32,000 nucleotides of DNA from Promethearchaeum syntrophicum (GTDB lineage Archaea > Asgardarchaeota > Lokiarchaeia > Sigyniarchaeales > Promethearchaeaceae), in contig NZ_CP042905.2 in the NCBI RefSeq assembly GCF_008000775.2, positions 3,510,001 through 3,542,000 on the forward strand. The letters run 5' to 3'. Below, piece after piece: positions 1-7,730 of the stretch. The first letter of the stretch is position 1. Each line of letters begins with the position of its first letter. A program made the position numbers and the translations under genes. The notes beneath the pieces were generated by a model. It saw only the letters and a list, made by a program, of their open reading frames with translations, had not been told where the DNA came from and did no database searches.

Positions 1-1
1 A

Positions 2-127
2 TTATTTCTTGGCCATATTTTTAAGCATTACAGCGTATTGGCCGAGGAGGAAGCATGTGCTGAACTATATGGGGAGATTTATGAAGAGTATAGGAAGAAA
101 ATCCCTAGATATTTGCTTTTTTTCTAA
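2..127 (+). CDS. Window-truncated C-terminal fragment of an ICMT/PEMT-family (isoprenylcysteine carboxyl / phospholipid) membrane methyltransferase
   Basis: Frame 2 reads LFLGHIFKHYSVLAEEEACAELYGEIYEEYRKKIPRYLLFF then TAA at 125..127. The EEE-x-L-x-x-YG-x-x-Y-x-x-Y-x-x-K-I-P-R tail is the typical C-terminus of this family. The track ORF 9..323 is in a different frame and looks non-coding. Confidence 0.5.
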   Translation, partial: LFLGHIFKHYSVLAEEEACAELYGEIYEEYRKKIPRYLLFF

Positions 128-343
128 CATTGATAGGTCAATTTTTACAATTAAAGGAAAATTTTTGACCTTTAATATTAGAGAGTTCAAAAATCAGAAA
201 TATTACATTAAGAAAAAGTCGCCCCACTCAAAATATAGGCCGCATAACTATATACTTACCGTCGGTACCTTGAAAGAAAACTTCTTCGATGTACCATTGA
301 TTAAAATTTTAATATTTTTATAAATTTCACAAAAAACTTTAAA

Positions 344-407
344 GAAATTCAAAATATATTGAATTTCACACTACGTAATGGGAATTACCTTAATGAATTT
401 AAATTCA
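344..407. promoter_or_regulatory. Pair of palindromes sharing TGAATTT/AAATTCA half-sites; possible DNA-binding-protein site or RNA structure
   Basis: 344..367 gaaattcaaaatatattgaatttc is palindromic at 22 of 24 positions (9-bp perfect arms). 394..407 tgaatttaaattca is a perfect 14-bp palindrome. Both lie in an ORF-free spacer between convergent genes. Confidence 0.3.
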
Positions 408-438
408 AATACAACATATTGCTTGTAAAAACAGTCAG

Positions 439-447
439 AAAAAAAAA
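439..447 (-). terminator. Oligo-T (T9 on the minus strand) archaeal-type terminator downstream of the Roadblock gene
   Basis: A9 run on the plus strand begins 10 nt past the minus-strand stop codon at 458..460. Confidence 0.35.
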
Positions 448-457
448 TGAGAGAAAT

Positions 458-829
458 TTAATCTTCTAAAATATCCAAAATTCGATTTGTCGTCGAACGC
501 ATATTTACAAAAGCCAAGTCCATCCGAGCGTCCTCGTCTAAAACACCAACGATAATATAGTCTAAACCCGCCTGCATTACTATAAACTTCCCGTCCGTGC
601 CCTGTATGATGCATATGTCGAGTTCCCCTTTTTTTAATTCAAGTAAAACTCGTTCACATGTTGATAAGATGATAGCAGACATGGCAGCGATATGCATTTC
701 TGAAATACCACTCTCGAGTATGGCGGAGACAATGAGTCCTTCACGCGAAACTAGGGCAGCTGATTCAAGGCCTTCTATTTTTTGCATAAGTTCCCGTAAT
801 ATGAAATTTAACTGTGCTTCTTCTTCCAT
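458..829 (-). CDS. Roadblock/LC7 (MglB-like) domain protein
   Basis: 123-aa ORF. The segments LESAALVSREGLIVSA and GELDICIIQGTDGKFIVMQAGLDYIIVGVL fit the Roadblock/LC7 pattern, and the size is typical for the family. Confidence 0.85.
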   Translation of the reverse strand: MEEEAQLNFILRELMQKIEGLESAALVSREGLIVSAILESGISEMHIAAMSAIILSTCERVLLELKKGELDICIIQGTDGKFIVMQAGLDYIIVGVLDEDARMDLAFVNMRSTTNRILDILED

Positions 830-1004
830 TTTGGCACCAACGTGATCAAAGGATTAACAAATTTGTAGATTTTTTTAGATTAACAATTCGATAAATCTTT
901 TATATCAATTATATTTTATTAAAGACTCTTAAAAAATTTACATAAATTAGTTAACATGGTGTTGGAGAAGGTAAAAATCTATTGTATCTAATTGAGGAAA
1001 AATG

Positions 1005-1025
1005 AAAAAAGTTAAGAAAAAAAAA
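1005..1025 (-). terminator. Oligo-T tracts (T9 and T6 on the minus strand) downstream of the PGI-like gene
   Basis: A6 (1005..1010) and A9 (1017..1025) on the plus strand lie 60-80 nt past the minus-strand stop at 1087. Confidence 0.3.
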
Positions 1026-1086
1026 GCAGAATTAACAAAAATGAAGAAGTTGAAATGATTTCAAAATCACGTAACCAATCATTAAA

Positions 1087-2439
1087 CTAATCATTGAAGA
1101 AGTTATCAAATTTTTTTATCGCTACTTCTATGCGATTATTGATTCGTTGATTTCTATCAAGTTTACTTTTAATTGCTTCATTACAAATTTTTTTCCCTAC
1201 ATTAACCATTGGGTTTGAGCTCCAATTTACATCGAGAAGCATACATAGATAATAAACAGTTGTTTGAATGAACGCAATACTGAATCCAAAAGAATATGGA
1301 GTTATAGATTTGAATGTCAACTTAGAAGCCGGAACTTTCTGTTCTAAAAGGGCTTGAAATGTAGCATCTAGCTGATAATTTACGACAGAAAGCGCGGTTG
1401 ATCCTTCTTGCATTGGATTTTCACCTTCCTGATGATTAACATCTCCATCGTGTTTCAAAATAACATCGGTGGGTTCTTGTAAGGTAGTCCAAAGAAGTGG
1501 GCTGGTATGTCCCTTACTTCCACCCAGCAATAATTCAAGAACTGAATGTTGACAGAGGGGTGCTGCTTGATATGTACCGAGGATCCCGTTACCTTCTTTT
1601 CCAGTGCTTTCGCTGATTTCTTGCACAAATAAGCCTGTGAGACCTTCTAACCATTGCGAATATGGCATTGAAAATATGTTTCTATACCCTTTTTTGATAA
1701 GGTGGTAAGCATAAACAGCAAATTGCAATGCACTATTCAGATCAATGTTTGATTTGTCCAAATTTTTATAGAGCGCGTATCCATCTTCAAGTCCTTTCTG
1801 AACTTGTTCAACTTTGATACCCGAAATTAAAGCAGGAACAAGCATTACAGAACAAACCGAAGCAGCAAATCTACCCGAAAGGTCGGGAACAGGTAAAATT
1901 GTTGCATTGAATTTTTTAACCATATCATTCATTGGACCTTGGGAGGATAGGGCTAAAATTTTATATTCTTTAAATAGTGGGAGTATCGAATTGACATCTA
2001 TGGTTTTTCCTCCTCGTGATATTGGGATTACAAGCGAATCGGATGGTAATGTTCGAAAAAGGACTTCGGAAAGCTCATGGGGGCGTGAACTGTATAGAAA
2101 ATGAATTTTTTTTTTTGCAAACAGGCTTAAGGCTTTCATAGTTTGATATGATCCGCCTGTTCCGAGAATAATGAGATTTTTTAAGCTTGGATCTTCTAAA
2201 AATGGTGTGCAAATTTCCTTAAAATGGGCGAGATCTGCATATCCGTAGACATCCATAAAGAATGGTTCATCCCAATGGGATTTATTTTCGTTAATTTTAT
2301 CAATTGCCCTTTTGAGCAGTTCTTGCGGAACTATGGGATAATATTCTAATTCTAAGGGATTTTCTGGCATGTACATCAATAACCTTTTTTCATTAATAAT
2401 TCTAATTGGATCATCAAGAATTTCCAAGGCAGCTATCAA
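1087..2439 (-). CDS. pgi: Glucose-6-phosphate isomerase-like (PGI family, SIS fold) protein
   Basis: Motifs seen: LIILGTGGSYQTMKAL (cf. GIGGS), SGRFAASVCSVMLVPALISG (cf. GGRFSV-S-VG), ESTGKEG (catalytic Glu context), QHSVLELLLGG (QH) and C-terminal VNVGKK. The usual SKSG(T/N)T loop is replaced by SRGGKT. The start may be Met22 (2376), which would remove the 26-nt overlap with the upstream gene. Confidence 0.55.
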   Translation of the reverse strand: MIAALEILDDPIRIINEKRLLMYMPENPLELEYYPIVPQELLKRAIDKINENKSHWDEPFFMDVYGYADLAHFKEICTPFLEDPSLKNLIILGTGGSYQTMKALSLFAKKKIHFLYSSRPHELSEVLFRTLPSDSLVIPISRGGKTIDVNSILPLFKEYKILALSSQGPMNDMVKKFNATILPVPDLSGRFAASVCSVMLVPALISGIKVEQVQKGLEDGYALYKNLDKSNIDLNSALQFAVYAYHLIKKGYRNIFSMPYSQWLEGLTGLFVQEISESTGKEGNGILGTYQAAPLCQHSVLELLLGGSKGHTSPLLWTTLQEPTDVILKHDGDVNHQEGENPMQEGSTALSVVNYQLDATFQALLEQKVPASKLTFKSITPYSFGFSIAFIQTTVYYLCMLLDVNWSSNPMVNVGKKICNEAIKSKLDRNQRINNRIEVAIKKFDNFFND

Positions 2440-2857
2440 TGATTTCTTTTGCTACCTCATAGGCTTTTTGAACTATTTCGGTGCATTTTTCGTGTCTACC
2501 TTTAAGATTCCAATTGATCTCTCCACTTTCTGAAAAAAAAGTTTTCATATAATCCTTACATAAAAGAGAATCGAACTTTTTTGTTAGTGTTCTTTTAAAC
2601 TGATTACTTAAATCTCTAATTTTATCATCATCTAGTCCATTTTTTGATAAAATGAGCCCAATGGCAGATAATGCGCCTGAAATAGCACCACAAACGGAAT
2701 ACTCACCAAAACCAGCACCAAAATGAATAAAAGCAGGATAAAAGATTTCTTTTCCTTCCAGATTATAGGAATCTAAGAGACCACATGAAACAGATTGAGC
2801 ACAGTTAGATTTTGCATCCCAGTACTTCATGACCAATGAAAATGAATTAATACTCAT
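2414..2857 (-). CDS. C_GCAxxG_C_C family putative redox-active protein
   Basis: SNCAQSVSCGLLDSY, then YSVCGAISGALSAIGL (the GCAxxG-type motif) and distal Cys residues (LLCKDY, HEKCTE). I prefer the ATG at 2855..2857 (MSINSF...). The track ORF extends to 2911 through a T12 run (FFFF) and overlaps the upstream gene. Confidence 0.7.
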   Translation of the reverse strand: MSINSFSLVMKYWDAKSNCAQSVSCGLLDSYNLEGKEIFYPAFIHFGAGFGEYSVCGAISGALSAIGLILSKNGLDDDKIRDLSNQFKRTLTKKFDSLLCKDYMKTFFSESGEINWNLKGRHEKCTEIVQKAYEVAKEIIDSCLGNS

Positions 2858-2872
2858 TGCATTAAGTAAACC

Positions 2873-2884
2873 AAAAAAAAAAAA
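2873..2884 (-). terminator. T12 tract (minus strand) 13 nt after the ACD-alpha stop; oligo-T terminator and/or TATA-like element for the next gene
   Basis: A12 on the plus strand at 2873..2884. The ACD stop is at 2898..2900 and the next preferred ATG at 2857. Confidence 0.3.
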
Positions 2885-2897
2885 TAAAGGTATGGAA

Positions 2898-4406
2898 TTA
2901 ATCCTTATCACTATAGATTTGAAATTTTTGTAAATACTCTCCGTATTTGATTAAATTGAAGAGTGCATCTACACATCGATGAGGAGTTTGATAAGTAGGA
3001 AAAAGATTTTCATTTAAATGTCTGAACATGCTATCGTTATACCCCCATAAATTAGCGAAAACCATGGGAAATTTATATTTCTTGACAATTTTTTGCGCAT
3101 CTACAACACTGGCTTCAGCCATCTCGCGCCATTGTAATAGAATTTCTTGAGGTTTTGGTTTTTCGATAAATTCCTTGCCAAAAGAGGTATAGTTGAAAAA
3201 TTGATCTCCATACGCACCGTAAATAACCATTCCATCAAATTCCCCAGATCTTGCAATTATTCTTGGAATTTTTATAAAAAAATCTACCGGATTAAGGCTG
3301 AATGTAAAATCTAATGGATTAGATGGTTGTGCAGTAGGGACTAAATATTTCTGAATTTTTTTCTTTACTTCTTCACTAAATAAGGGTAATTCTAATCCCT
3401 TTCTGCTAATTCTATCAGCCATTGTTGCACCAGGACCACCAGAATTCGTCATTACTACAATTTTTTTACCTTTCGGGATAACACCTAAAGGAATTAAATG
3501 AGAAAAAATCATAGCGGTATCAAAAAACTCTTCAACAGAATATGTCCGAATAATACCTGTCTGCTTAAATAAACCATCATAAATTTCGTCTTTTCCAGCC
3601 ATTGAACCGGTATGGCTACTTACAGCCTTCGCACCTCCTTCAGTCCCTCCCACATAAAGGGCAATTATGGGTTTTTTTCGGGATATTCGTTTAGCTATGT
3701 CGAAAAATAGACGCCCTCTTTTGATTTCCTCAATATAGATCATTATAACTTCTGTAAAAGGATCCGTCTCTAAATATTCCAAGCAATCACAGAGATCTAT
3801 TATTGCTTCATTTCCCAATGAAAATGTCTTATTCAGGTAGAGATTTCTTTCTTTAAGAATAGCAAACGTGTGGGAAACGAAAGTTCCACTTTGTGAAGCA
3901 ATTGATACATTTCCTGGGGGGAGTGAATATGATTGAACTGTAGTATTAAGAATACATGCTTCATTAGGATTATTAGAATAATTAGTATGAGTATTTAAGA
4001 TACCGATGCAATTTGGACCGAGGATATGCAAGCCAAATTTTAAAGCAATTTCTTTTAGTTCATTACTTCCCGTATTATTGTTTATTTCTCGAAAACCAGC
4101 GGTCACCAAAATTACATTGTTGACACCAATTTCACCTAATTCCGTTAAAATTTGGGGTACATGCTTCTTTGAAACAACAATTTCTGCAAGATCTACCTTC
4201 CCAGGGATTTCCTTTATTGATTTATAAGCTTTTAGTCCGAAAATTGTTTCTAAATTAGGATGAATTGGATAAATTTTTCCTTGAAAACCATTATCGATTA
4301 GAGTCAGTAATTGTAAAGCCCCCATATTATAAGGAACATTCTCATTAGCACCATAAAAAGCAACAGCATGAGGGTTCATAAATTTTTCTAAGAAATGTTG
4401 ATTCAC
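2898..4406 (-). CDS. ADP-forming acyl-CoA synthetase (NDP-forming, ACD-type) alpha subunit: CoA-binding plus CoA-ligase domains
   Basis: N-terminal PHAVAFYGANEN...GKIYPIHPN...GLKAYKSIKEIPGKVDLAEIVV...VILVTAGFRE (CoA-binding Rossmann). Also SIASQSGTF, and AVSSHTGSMAG carrying the phosphohistidine motif. No ATP-grasp beta subunit is adjacent. Confidence 0.85.
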   Translation of the reverse strand: MNQHFLEKFMNPHAVAFYGANENVPYNMGALQLLTLIDNGFQGKIYPIHPNLETIFGLKAYKSIKEIPGKVDLAEIVVSKKHVPQILTELGEIGVNNVILVTAGFREINNNTGSNELKEIALKFGLHILGPNCIGILNTHTNYSNNPNEACILNTTVQSYSLPPGNVSIASQSGTFVSHTFAILKERNLYLNKTFSLGNEAIIDLCDCLEYLETDPFTEVIMIYIEEIKRGRLFFDIAKRISRKKPIIALYVGGTEGGAKAVSSHTGSMAGKDEIYDGLFKQTGIIRTYSVEEFFDTAMIFSHLIPLGVIPKGKKIVVMTNSGGPGATMADRISRKGLELPLFSEEVKKKIQKYLVPTAQPSNPLDFTFSLNPVDFFIKIPRIIARSGEFDGMVIYGAYGDQFFNYTSFGKEFIEKPKPQEILLQWREMAEASVVDAQKIVKKYKFPMVFANLWGYNDSMFRHLNENLFPTYQTPHRCVDALFNLIKYGEYLQKFQIYSDKD

Positions 4407-4435
4407 ATTATATCACTTTTTTCATTCAATCTTAT

Positions 4436-4515
4436 GTAAATTAATGAAAAACGAGAACATTTTTAATTGCTATATTACGTAAATTAATGAAAAACGTGAA
4501 CATTTTTAATTGCTA
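4436..4515. repeat. Tandem direct duplication (period 43 bp, two copies) in a divergent promoter region
   Basis: 4436..4472 gtaaattaatgaaaaacgAgaacatttttaattgcta and 4479..4515 gtaaattaatgaaaaacgTgaacatttttaattgcta match at 36 of 37 positions. Each copy contains an A5-N8-T5 dyad and a tttttaat TATA-like box. Confidence 0.9.
4503..4510 (+). promoter_or_regulatory. TATA-like box for the alpha/beta hydrolase gene (leaderless geometry)
   Basis: tttttaat is centred about 26 nt upstream of the ATG at 4532. An identical box at 4460..4467 sits in the upstream repeat copy. Confidence 0.35.
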
Positions 4516-4531
4516 ATACATCTAAAAAAAT

Positions 4532-5455
4532 ATGTCATGGCTTCCATTTGCCGGGGGATTGTTAAGTGGTATAATTCTTGAAAAACTCCAAAAATATTTT
4601 CTAAGGGGAAAAAGATTACGAACTTTAGAAAAAAAGGAACTCCATTGGATACGCTCTTCACAAATTAACCGAGAAAATGAAATAATTACTATGCCAGATG
4701 GAAAAAAACTACAAGCTTATATCTACTCTTCAGATTTAACCCCAGAAATTGCCCCAAGTGTATTGTTTTTACACGGATTTGGGGGATTTGCACAAGATTT
4801 CAATTTTGAAGGATTATTAAGTTCAATTTGCCTTGCTGGGTATAGAGTATTTGCATATGATTTTCGGTCTTCTGGAAATTCACGAAAAAAAGGAGAACCC
4901 TCAATTTTTGGTGCAGCAAACGGAGATTTCATTCAATTAATATTTAAAGACGTTGTTACTGCGATAGATTGGATGTATCAACATGAAGGGATTGATAAAG
5001 CAAACTTATCAGTAATTGGAGGTTCACTTGGTGGCGGTATGGTTTTAAGTTCTGCATTACATGATGAAAGAATAAAAAAATTAATCGGATTTTGTGCACC
5101 TTATGATTTTTCTGATGTTTTTAGAGATGGTTTTATTGAAGGTTCTATAATAAATCGCCTGTATTTTAAGATTTTATTTAAAAAATTAACAGATGTTGAG
5201 GATTTCCTTCTGAAAGTTCATGATATTTCTCCAATTGTTAAAATAGATGAAAATTTCAATTATGAAAACCGTGTCTTTCTTGCTCATTCTCGAAATGATG
5301 ATGTTATTGCATTTGAAAAACATTTTTTAAAAAATGTAGAAAAAATGAAGATCCCAACACGAAATACAATAATTTTTGATAAAGGTGGACATGAATTCAC
5401 AGGAAATTCCGCCCCATTAATTGCTCGAATATTGTATTGGTTAGGAATTAGCTAA
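4532..5455 (+). CDS. Alpha/beta-fold hydrolase (esterase/lipase-like), N-terminal hydrophobic segment
   Basis: VLFLHGFGGFAQDF (oxyanion-hole region), nucleophile elbow GGSLGG, late D and H (NDDVIAF; GGHEF). Confidence 0.8.
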   Translation: MSWLPFAGGLLSGIILEKLQKYFLRGKRLRTLEKKELHWIRSSQINRENEIITMPDGKKLQAYIYSSDLTPEIAPSVLFLHGFGGFAQDFNFEGLLSSICLAGYRVFAYDFRSSGNSRKKGEPSIFGAANGDFIQLIFKDVVTAIDWMYQHEGIDKANLSVIGGSLGGGMVLSSALHDERIKKLIGFCAPYDFSDVFRDGFIEGSIINRLYFKILFKKLTDVEDFLLKVHDISPIVKIDENFNYENRVFLAHSRNDDVIAFEKHFLKNVEKMKIPTRNTIIFDKGGHEFTGNSAPLIARILYWLGIS

Positions 5456-6814
5456 TCCCTTTTTATACCAGCGAGGCAGAACTTTCGGAGGATATTTCTC
5501 ATAAACTTTACGTAGAATATTTCGAATTTGATCTTTTGTTGGAGGCTTGTCTCCAAGCTTCTGTTGATTCAATAATTCTCCATATAACTTCATTGTATAC
5601 CATTGATCTTCTTTTGTGCCATAATATTTGAATAACGCAATTCCGATCCCATAATCATACCCAATACAGGATTTAAGCATTTCTTCAGCATTACATTCAA
5701 CGCTATTTGTGATACAATAAATACTAGCATCTTTACCGTAGTCCTTAAAGCGGTGCGCCATATTTTTTTGGAAATACCAATGCATAATATTTCCCAAACG
5801 ACCCCATTTTTTTCCATCATCAACAGTTCCTGCCAAATAAGGATAATTCATTGGAATTGCTGAATCCATTGCATTGGTTAAACCCAAATAATCCTGAGCA
5901 ACCAATTTACGACTATAAATGCGAGGTCCGGGTAAATTAAACCAAGAAGTACTTATTTTTTCATCCACTGATTTGACTGCATCGTTGAATTTTCGACCAT
6001 ATTCAACAATATTAGCCATTCTAAATTGATCCCATTCCTTACACTTCATTATTTTATTGGCTTTAGAAGGATATTGTTCAGCAAATGCAGTTCGACATCT
6101 TTCACAGCCACAAAAATCTCTGAAACCATGATGATACCGTATATAATCTGCTAAAATTCCATGAACGTGATATTTTGAAGTTATTTCTTTTACGAGATCT
6201 ACCATATAATCAATATGTTCGGATCTTGGACAATGAAATGCCGTTAAAGGAATATATCCTTGCCCCCTTGCTCCACGAGAAGCCCCGATTTTTTCGTCAA
6301 CTTTATCTGTTAGAAAAGGGATTTTTTTCTGCATCTCTTTCAAAGTTACCCCTTCAGGCAAATCAACTCTCATTTCACCTTCCGGATGAATTCCGGGGTC
6401 GCCAGCTTTATGGTTTTTTCCATCTTTGATATGCATGCAAACGGTTTCTGGATGTTGCCATCCTTTGTATGCATCATTCATATTTGTGATCGAAAGCATG
6501 AATATGATATTCTTTTTTTCGCAAATATCAGAAAATTCCTCGACCAAATCGCGTCCTGTTGGATTCCATCCGATTTTAGTGTTTGCTATAGTTGCACCAT
6601 CAGTATCTTTTACAACTAATCCAAATGAATTGAAATTATGATCGATAATCTTATCAATAATTTCTTTGGGATTGATATGGTCGAGGTTGTAATCCAGTTT
6701 TCGAAATCCGTGAGGACCACGTACAGGCATCAAAGCTTGTGAATATATTTTTTTATCTCCCAGATGCATACGAAAAGGTAGCAGTTGTGTTTCAGATAAC
6801 ATTGGATGTTTCAT
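5441..6814 (-). CDS. Glycoside-hydrolase-like TIM-barrel protein (GHL6/GHL10-type); function uncertain
   Basis: 457 aa. The GILADYIRYHHGF...CGCERCRTAF segment resembles hypothetical glycosyl-hydrolase-like families that carry a CxCxxC...F motif after a DY(I/V)RY strand. Recognition is weak. Confidence 0.4.
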   Translation of the reverse strand: MKHPMLSETQLLPFRMHLGDKKIYSQALMPVRGPHGFRKLDYNLDHINPKEIIDKIIDHNFNSFGLVVKDTDGATIANTKIGWNPTGRDLVEEFSDICEKKNIIFMLSITNMNDAYKGWQHPETVCMHIKDGKNHKAGDPGIHPEGEMRVDLPEGVTLKEMQKKIPFLTDKVDEKIGASRGARGQGYIPLTAFHCPRSEHIDYMVDLVKEITSKYHVHGILADYIRYHHGFRDFCGCERCRTAFAEQYPSKANKIMKCKEWDQFRMANIVEYGRKFNDAVKSVDEKISTSWFNLPGPRIYSRKLVAQDYLGLTNAMDSAIPMNYPYLAGTVDDGKKWGRLGNIMHWYFQKNMAHRFKDYGKDASIYCITNSVECNAEEMLKSCIGYDYGIGIALFKYYGTKEDQWYTMKLYGELLNQQKLGDKPPTKDQIRNILRKVYEKYPPKVLPRWYKKGLANS

Positions 6815-6817
6815 TTT

Positions 6818-7672
6818 TTAATCTCCTTTTTGTGCTATACAAATTGTGGGTCTAATGTATTTTGCTGTAGATCTTTTTTGGAAGACAATCCATTTGACTT
6901 TTCTTTGTATTTTAAATTTTTTTTTGATTATGGGGCTTTTTCGCCATAAATAAAGCATAATCTTCGTAATTTTTCTAAAGTTTTTGAAACCTCCAACTAA
7001 TTGAAACAAATCACGTAAATTTAATTTTTTTTTCACGAAGTGTACCTGAATATCCTTAAAATTAAATTCAGTACACCATTTTTCATAATCCGATATGAAA
7101 GGTACGTTTAATTTAAAACCTGCTATCTCTTCGAATAAAGTTCCTGCTTCAAGAATTTGGTTTAATTTTTTTTTGGGTATATCCGATTCTAACATTAATT
7201 CATTAAATGCGACATATCCACTCGGTTTCAATACTCTGTGAAATTCTTTAAAAGCTCTAGGATGATCTAAGAAATAAGCCATATATTCAGTGAAAACTCC
7301 ATCAAATTCATTTTTATGAAAGGGTAATTCATGGGCGTCAGATATTTGGAATTTAACTTTATCTTCCAAATTTTTCCCCGTGGCAGTTTGTTTGGCAATT
7401 TCAATTGATTTTTCGGCAATGTCGATACCAGTTACATTTAAATCAAATTTTTCGGCTAAGTAAAATGCGCTTTTTCCTACTCCACATCCAACAATCAGGA
7501 TTTTTGATTTTGGAGGAAATTTATGGATATTCATTAATTCATTCCAAGTTTCTAATCCTCTCCAATTAAATGACTCTAATCCCATTTTACTCAGCAAATC
7601 ATACCAAGGGAGCTGTTCCCATTCTTTGACGTTTATTTCAGATCGTAATTTTCCCATTTTTTTGCACCTCAT
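6818..7672 (-). CDS. Class I SAM-dependent methyltransferase
   Basis: Motif I ILIVGCGVGKSAFYLAEKF, motif II VTGIDIAEKSIEIAK, then DGVFTEYMAYFL and LKPSGYVAF. Its stop is 3 nt upstream of the 5441..6814 start. Confidence 0.85.
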   Translation of the reverse strand: MRCKKMGKLRSEINVKEWEQLPWYDLLSKMGLESFNWRGLETWNELMNIHKFPPKSKILIVGCGVGKSAFYLAEKFDLNVTGIDIAEKSIEIAKQTATGKNLEDKVKFQISDAHELPFHKNEFDGVFTEYMAYFLDHPRAFKEFHRVLKPSGYVAFNELMLESDIPKKKLNQILEAGTLFEEIAGFKLNVPFISDYEKWCTEFNFKDIQVHFVKKKLNLRDLFQLVGGFKNFRKITKIMLYLWRKSPIIKKKFKIQRKVKWIVFQKRSTAKYIRPTICIAQKGD

Positions 7673-7730
7673 ATAATTTTACCTTTTAATCTTAAAAAAT
7701 ATTAATAAATAAAGTGAATGAAAGTAAATT

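Noticed and set aside
215-290. GC-richer patch considered as a tRNA or C/D-box sRNA
   Set aside because: No cloverleaf-compatible stems are present, there are no RUGAUGA/CUGA boxes, and only a short DNA palindrome is found. It is kept only as part of the low-interest spacer finding.
9-323. 104-aa plus-strand track ORF at the left edge
   Set aside because: A different frame (2..127) gives a convincing ICMT/PEMT-type C-terminus ending at a TAA. The 104-aa translation is low-complexity, Lys/Ile/Phe-rich read-through of AT-rich spacer and overlaps that real gene out of frame.
1002-1058. Tiny ORF encoding MKKVKKKKAELTKMKKLK in the 830..1086 spacer
   Set aside because: It consists almost entirely of A-runs that read as T6/T9 terminator tracts on the minus strand, downstream of the PGI-like gene. 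It has no start-site signals, and the basic composition is a by-product of poly-A.
2858-2911. N-terminal 18-aa extension (MIRINSIPLFFFFGLLNA) of the C_GCAxxG_C_C ORF, which could be read as a signal peptide
   Set aside because: The FFFF run is encoded by a T12 tract that sits 13 nt after the upstream gene's stop and looks like a terminator or TATA element. The extension also overlaps the ACD gene, and the family normally starts close to the first Cys motif.
4436-4515. Possible CRISPR-like or minisatellite array
   Set aside because: There are only two copies with a 6-nt junction, no spacer-sized unique inserts and no cas genes in the window. It is interpreted instead as a duplicated promoter or operator element.
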